Source of the DNA: Spirochaetota bacterium
GTDB taxonomy: Bacteria > Spirochaetota > UBA4802 > UB4802
Length of the DNA stretch: 64,000 bases
NCBI GenBank assembly: GCA_035420565.1
Contig: DAOLVF010000001.1
Coordinates: forward strand, 23,152-87,151
Reading direction: 5' to 3'
Positions 60,652 to 64,000 of the stretch are shown here, in pieces (the first letter of the stretch is position 1; each line of letters begins with the position of its first letter). A program made the translations under genes and the position numbers. The notes beneath the pieces are model-generated. The model searched no databases, was not told where the DNA came from, and saw only the letters and a program-made list of their open reading frames with translations.

Positions 60652-62166
60652 TCACATTTCACGAGCATTCCCATTAATATCACAAACATGGATATGTTCT
60701 GGTAACGAGGCTTGGAATGAAAAACCCTGCTGCCAGGTGCCATCACTGCTTTTGTAATACCATCTTTTCTCCCTGCATGTTCTGGTGTAGTAGTAGATAT
60801 GCTCCGGTAACAAATGTATATCATCAGGGTTGTGTGGGAGATATTTCATTTTATTAATGAAACGGCACAGCTTCCATAAACTTGCAATATCCTCTCGTGT
60901 GATATCATTGCCAAACGGATAGAGCGCGCTCCCTCTGCACAACCTCATATCCTCCGGAAGCCCCATAGTTTCAAACATAGGTATCCTCGGAATCATATAC
61001 AGTGGTGAAAATCCAATTATTACCGGGAGCTTTGCCAGCAATACAATATCCTGTATGCAATCATCAATACTGCTGCCAGGCAAACCTGCTATAACATAAA
61101 CAATAACCTTCACCCTGCCTGCACATCGAAAGGCTATATCCTGAATCATTTCTTTTATCAGCGGACGGTTATAGCGCCTGGCAATAACATCATTAGCTGA
61201 AACAAGCGATAGGTTAAACTCCAAAAATCCGGACTCCATGGCATCATCAAGTACTGCATGGAGGTTTGAAGCGGTTATGCCATTCATGCAAAGATAGTTC
61301 ATCCCTTTTTCTTTGTAACGTTTCATGAGCGATAGTAACTGTAGAGCATAATCCCTGGTATATAAAAAATTATCATCCTCAAAATTAATTATCTGCACAC
61401 CGTTAGTCGAGAGATAGTGAAATTCTTCTTCAATGGACTGGAATGCTCTGCGTTGATAGGTATATCGCGAATGTATTGAACAAAATGCACATTGATAGAT
61501 GCATCCCTTGCTACAGATGACATTGGCAATCCTTTTACCATAGTATGTATACCATCCACATCGCTCAGGGAAGTTATTACTAAAAAATTCATTGCTCCTG
61601 CCATTGCTGGATTTGATAATTTTGGGAAGTTTACTCATACACTTATTATTTGAGGTGTGGATAGTATGCAACAGCTCCGGCAATACAAGCTCGCCATCAT
61701 CTTTTACATAAACATCAGCATATCCCTTTTCAACGGTGGACATACTCCATACAGCCCAGCCTCCCACAATAACTATCGCACTGCTATGCTCCTTGATCTT
61801 TTTAACCAGCAACTCAACATCGTGGTGATATGCTGTAAATAAAGAAGATATGCATACTACATCATACTTTTTTTCATTAATCAAACCAACTATCCTGTCA
61901 AACGAAGACCCAAAACGCTTATATCCACAAAACAGGCTAAACCATGAGGTATCGTGCATATAGATATGGTTCAGATACTGAAAAACATCAGGAGTTTGAA
62001 GCTTCTTTGATTTTGCTTTCTGCCGTGCATCATAGATATCAACATCCAGCCAGGTATACTGTTGTAGCATTGCTTTGATATATAAAAGGCCCAGCGGCTC
62101 AGAACGATGGAAGCTATAATAAAAATCAAAGACCGGCGGTGAGCATAGTAATACTTTTAATGGCAT
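60652..62166 (-). CDS. B12-binding domain radical SAM protein
   Basis: An N-terminal cobalamin-binding-like domain is followed by CIYQCAFC (CxxxCxxC). Confidence 0.7.
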   Translation of the reverse strand: MPLKVLLCSPPVFDFYYSFHRSEPLGLLYIKAMLQQYTWLDVDIYDARQKAKSKKLQTPDVFQYLNHIYMHDTSWFSLFCGYKRFGSSFDRIVGLINEKKYDVVCISSLFTAYHHDVELLVKKIKEHSSAIVIVGGWAVWSMSTVEKGYADVYVKDDGELVLPELLHTIHTSNNKCMSKLPKIIKSSNGRSNEFFSNNFPERCGWYTYYGKRIANVICSKGCIYQCAFCSIHSRYTYQRRAFQSIEEEFHYLSTNGVQIINFEDDNFLYTRDYALQLLSLMKRYKEKGMNYLCMNGITASNLHAVLDDAMESGFLEFNLSLVSANDVIARRYNRPLIKEMIQDIAFRCAGRVKVIVYVIAGLPGSSIDDCIQDIVLLAKLPVIIGFSPLYMIPRIPMFETMGLPEDMRLCRGSALYPFGNDITREDIASLWKLCRFINKMKYLPHNPDDIHLLPEHIYYYTRTCREKRWYYKSSDGTWQQGFSFQASLPEHIHVCDINGNAREM

Positions 62167-62170
62167 GGCA

Positions 62171-63622
62171 TTAGTGTTTTATCTTTGTTCCTCTAAAAAG
62201 TATTGTGGTTCTTCCTATTTGAATTTCGTCCCAATCGGTGAGCATTTTTGGACGCAGGAGCTTCTTGTTGTTTAAAAAGGTGCCATTATCACTGGCACAA
62301 TCAAAGAGATAATAGCAGTCATTAATCTTTTTTATCTTTGCATGTTTCAGCGACACAGCATCATCGTTGATAACTATCGTATTTTCCTTACCATGCCCAA
62401 TGGTTACCTCATCCCAGATTAAGGGAAATTTTTTTCCTGTTTCAGGACCACTTTTCTCTACCAGCCATGCACTGGTATAGCTATATTCAGGTGAGCTTGA
62501 CAGCAATAAGTTTGATTCTTCCTTTCTTCCAGCTTCATCTTTTTCAAAAAGTACATCATAGTAATGTTGTACTGGCCGTGGTATCCTCTGCATACTGACA
62601 AGTTCAATAATGTGTTTCCATTTATTCATGAAAATAATAAAAACAATTACCAGTGCAACTATAAGCAGCACAATAATTCCTGCCAGTACTACAAAAGGCA
62701 CATTATTGAACCTATATGCTGTAAACGAGGGTGCTTTAAAGTTTATATATTGTATATCGTTATCACTGACAGTACCATTGTTAAATCTGACTTCCACAGA
62801 GCCAATACCATCGGTACTTGATGAGTTATAACTCAGCTCAAAAGGGATTATGCCCGATGATATCCTGGATTGCATAAGCTGGAGTATTTTTTTATTGATA
62901 TCGTCACTTATTATAAACAATTTACCGTTGGCTGCTTTGCTCAAACGACTCACAACAGCTGTTTTCCTGCAACCTTGCGGCAGTACAGTATAAACAGGGG
63001 TTGAGTGTTCCCGCGCAATACTGATAACATCGTCGGGAAGCATATCACTTCCTTCATCCTTACCATCAGTAAAAAGCAGTATTGCCTTGACTCCATCAAA
63101 CTTAGAAAGATCGTCAATAGCAGTATATAAACAATTGAACAACTGGGTACACTTTCCAAGCTGTTGCAAATTTTTTATTTTTGCAACATGCACCATACTA
63201 TCGTCATCATGCGACGCTAATTGCACAACCTCATTATTAAATTTATACAGTAGAAATTTATAGTAATCCGGACTTTTCTTTATTATGCTTATGGCACTAT
63301 TTTTTAAACGCAAAAAATTATTTTTTGAAAGGCTTTTACTCGTATCAATGCATAAGGCTATATATACATTATCCAGCTGTCCATGCTTCAGTGACAATTC
63401 CTTTATAACCTTCCCATTCTCCAATACGGTAAAATTATCTTTTGTTATACTATTTCTTCTCTGGATTGCATGGAGCTTACCGGAAATACTAACAATGGGG
63501 AATGATGTTATATCAACATGTTCAATCTTTACAATAGGGCCTGCATATCCAATACACTGGAATATACATAAGCAAAGCAAAACAGCCATACCATGCTTTA
63601 TGATGAATGTTATTTTTAACAT
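62171..63622 (-). CDS. vWA - TM - FHA domain signalling protein
   Basis: A signal peptide is followed by a vWA domain with the MIDAS DTSKS motif, one TM helix (FVVLAGIIVLLIVALVIVFIIF) and a C-terminal FHA domain (TIGHGKENTIVINDDAVSLKHAKI...). It is 4 nt from the radical SAM gene. Confidence 0.65.
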   Translation of the reverse strand: MLKITFIIKHGMAVLLCLCIFQCIGYAGPIVKIEHVDITSFPIVSISGKLHAIQRRNSITKDNFTVLENGKVIKELSLKHGQLDNVYIALCIDTSKSLSKNNFLRLKNSAISIIKKSPDYYKFLLYKFNNEVVQLASHDDDSMVHVAKIKNLQQLGKCTQLFNCLYTAIDDLSKFDGVKAILLFTDGKDEGSDMLPDDVISIAREHSTPVYTVLPQGCRKTAVVSRLSKAANGKLFIISDDINKKILQLMQSRISSGIIPFELSYNSSSTDGIGSVEVRFNNGTVSDNDIQYINFKAPSFTAYRFNNVPFVVLAGIIVLLIVALVIVFIIFMNKWKHIIELVSMQRIPRPVQHYYDVLFEKDEAGRKEESNLLLSSSPEYSYTSAWLVEKSGPETGKKFPLIWDEVTIGHGKENTIVINDDAVSLKHAKIKKINDCYYLFDCASDNGTFLNNKKLLRPKMLTDWDEIQIGRTTILFRGTKIKH

Positions 63623-63852
63623 AGGCTACAATTCCATCAATTCCTATTGTACTCTTTATTGTTAACCACAGCGTTGAACGACTACGATATAGTAATAGTA
63701 TCGGTATGAATAAAGTGTGAATGCAATCAAATTTTATTCATGGAAGCAATAGAAGCAATCCTTTCCTGTCCTTGCAACAATTGTATGGTGTTCGGTAGCA
63801 TATCCATATAATCGATAGATTCTCATTAACAGCTTTAGCATTACCTGACAAA

Positions 63853-64000
63853 TTAATGATTGTTGACGTATTGAGGGTCTGCAATTATCCATGACGTCAT
63901 TGCATGTTTTATGTTTAAAAGTATTGCATGGTTCCTATTGCTCAATTGCTTTTCCTGAAAGGTCTTTACATTCCTGTCTATATGATCTATTATCGCAAAC
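63853..64000 (-). CDS. 3' end of an unidentified gene extending beyond the window
   Basis: An open minus-strand frame of 48 codons ends at TAA 63853-63855 (hand translation ...HAMTSWIIADPQYVNNH). No motif. Confidence 0.25.
   Translation of the reverse strand, partial: FAIIDHIDRNVKTFQEKQLSNRNHAILLNIKHAMTSWIIADPQYVNNH

Overview
This is an AT-rich bacterial chromosomal window, roughly one-third GC by eye, and it is densely coded on both strands. About half is recognisable core metabolism and housekeeping. That half contains gdhA, two acyl-CoA synthetase paralogs, two FabK/nitronate-monooxygenase-like paralogs, alaS with recX, rplM-rpsI, tldD/pmbA, copA, the ispE / tRNA-Gln / glmU(N-domain) / prs / rplY / pth cluster, and yebC-ruvC-ruvA. 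The rest is accessory or regulatory. It includes a WG-repeat lipoprotein built from eight near-identical 105-bp tandem repeats and an AbiEii-type nucleotidyltransferase two-gene module with an upstream palindrome. It includes two membrane-sensor PP2C/SpoIIE phosphatases, a CheY-like regulator coupled to a cNMP-binding protein, and a TtcA-like tRNA thiolase. A complete 14-gene Mbh-type group-4 [NiFe] hydrogenase plus Mrp-antiporter module has the same gene order as archaeal mbhA-N and is preceded by a membrane-tethered AraC regulator and a YkgJ-like Fe-S protein. An M23 peptidase precedes a 1877-aa outer-membrane-type giant protein. The 3' end of the window holds a tightly packed signalling island: an ECF sigma factor, a 7TM-GAF-PPM phosphatase and a DHH phosphoesterase in one minus-strand operon; a convergent DPPY methyltransferase; and a B12-binding radical SAM enzyme coupled to a vWA-TM-FHA protein, with a further partial gene running off the window end. 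The two most plausibly under-described units are that island (ECF sigma / phosphatase / DHH / FHA-vWA / radical SAM) and the bacterial Mbh cluster with its dedicated membrane AraC regulator. All functional calls come from motif recognition in the supplied translations. No database search was possible. The ORF track counts TTG and GTG as start codons, so several starts were re-examined by hand.
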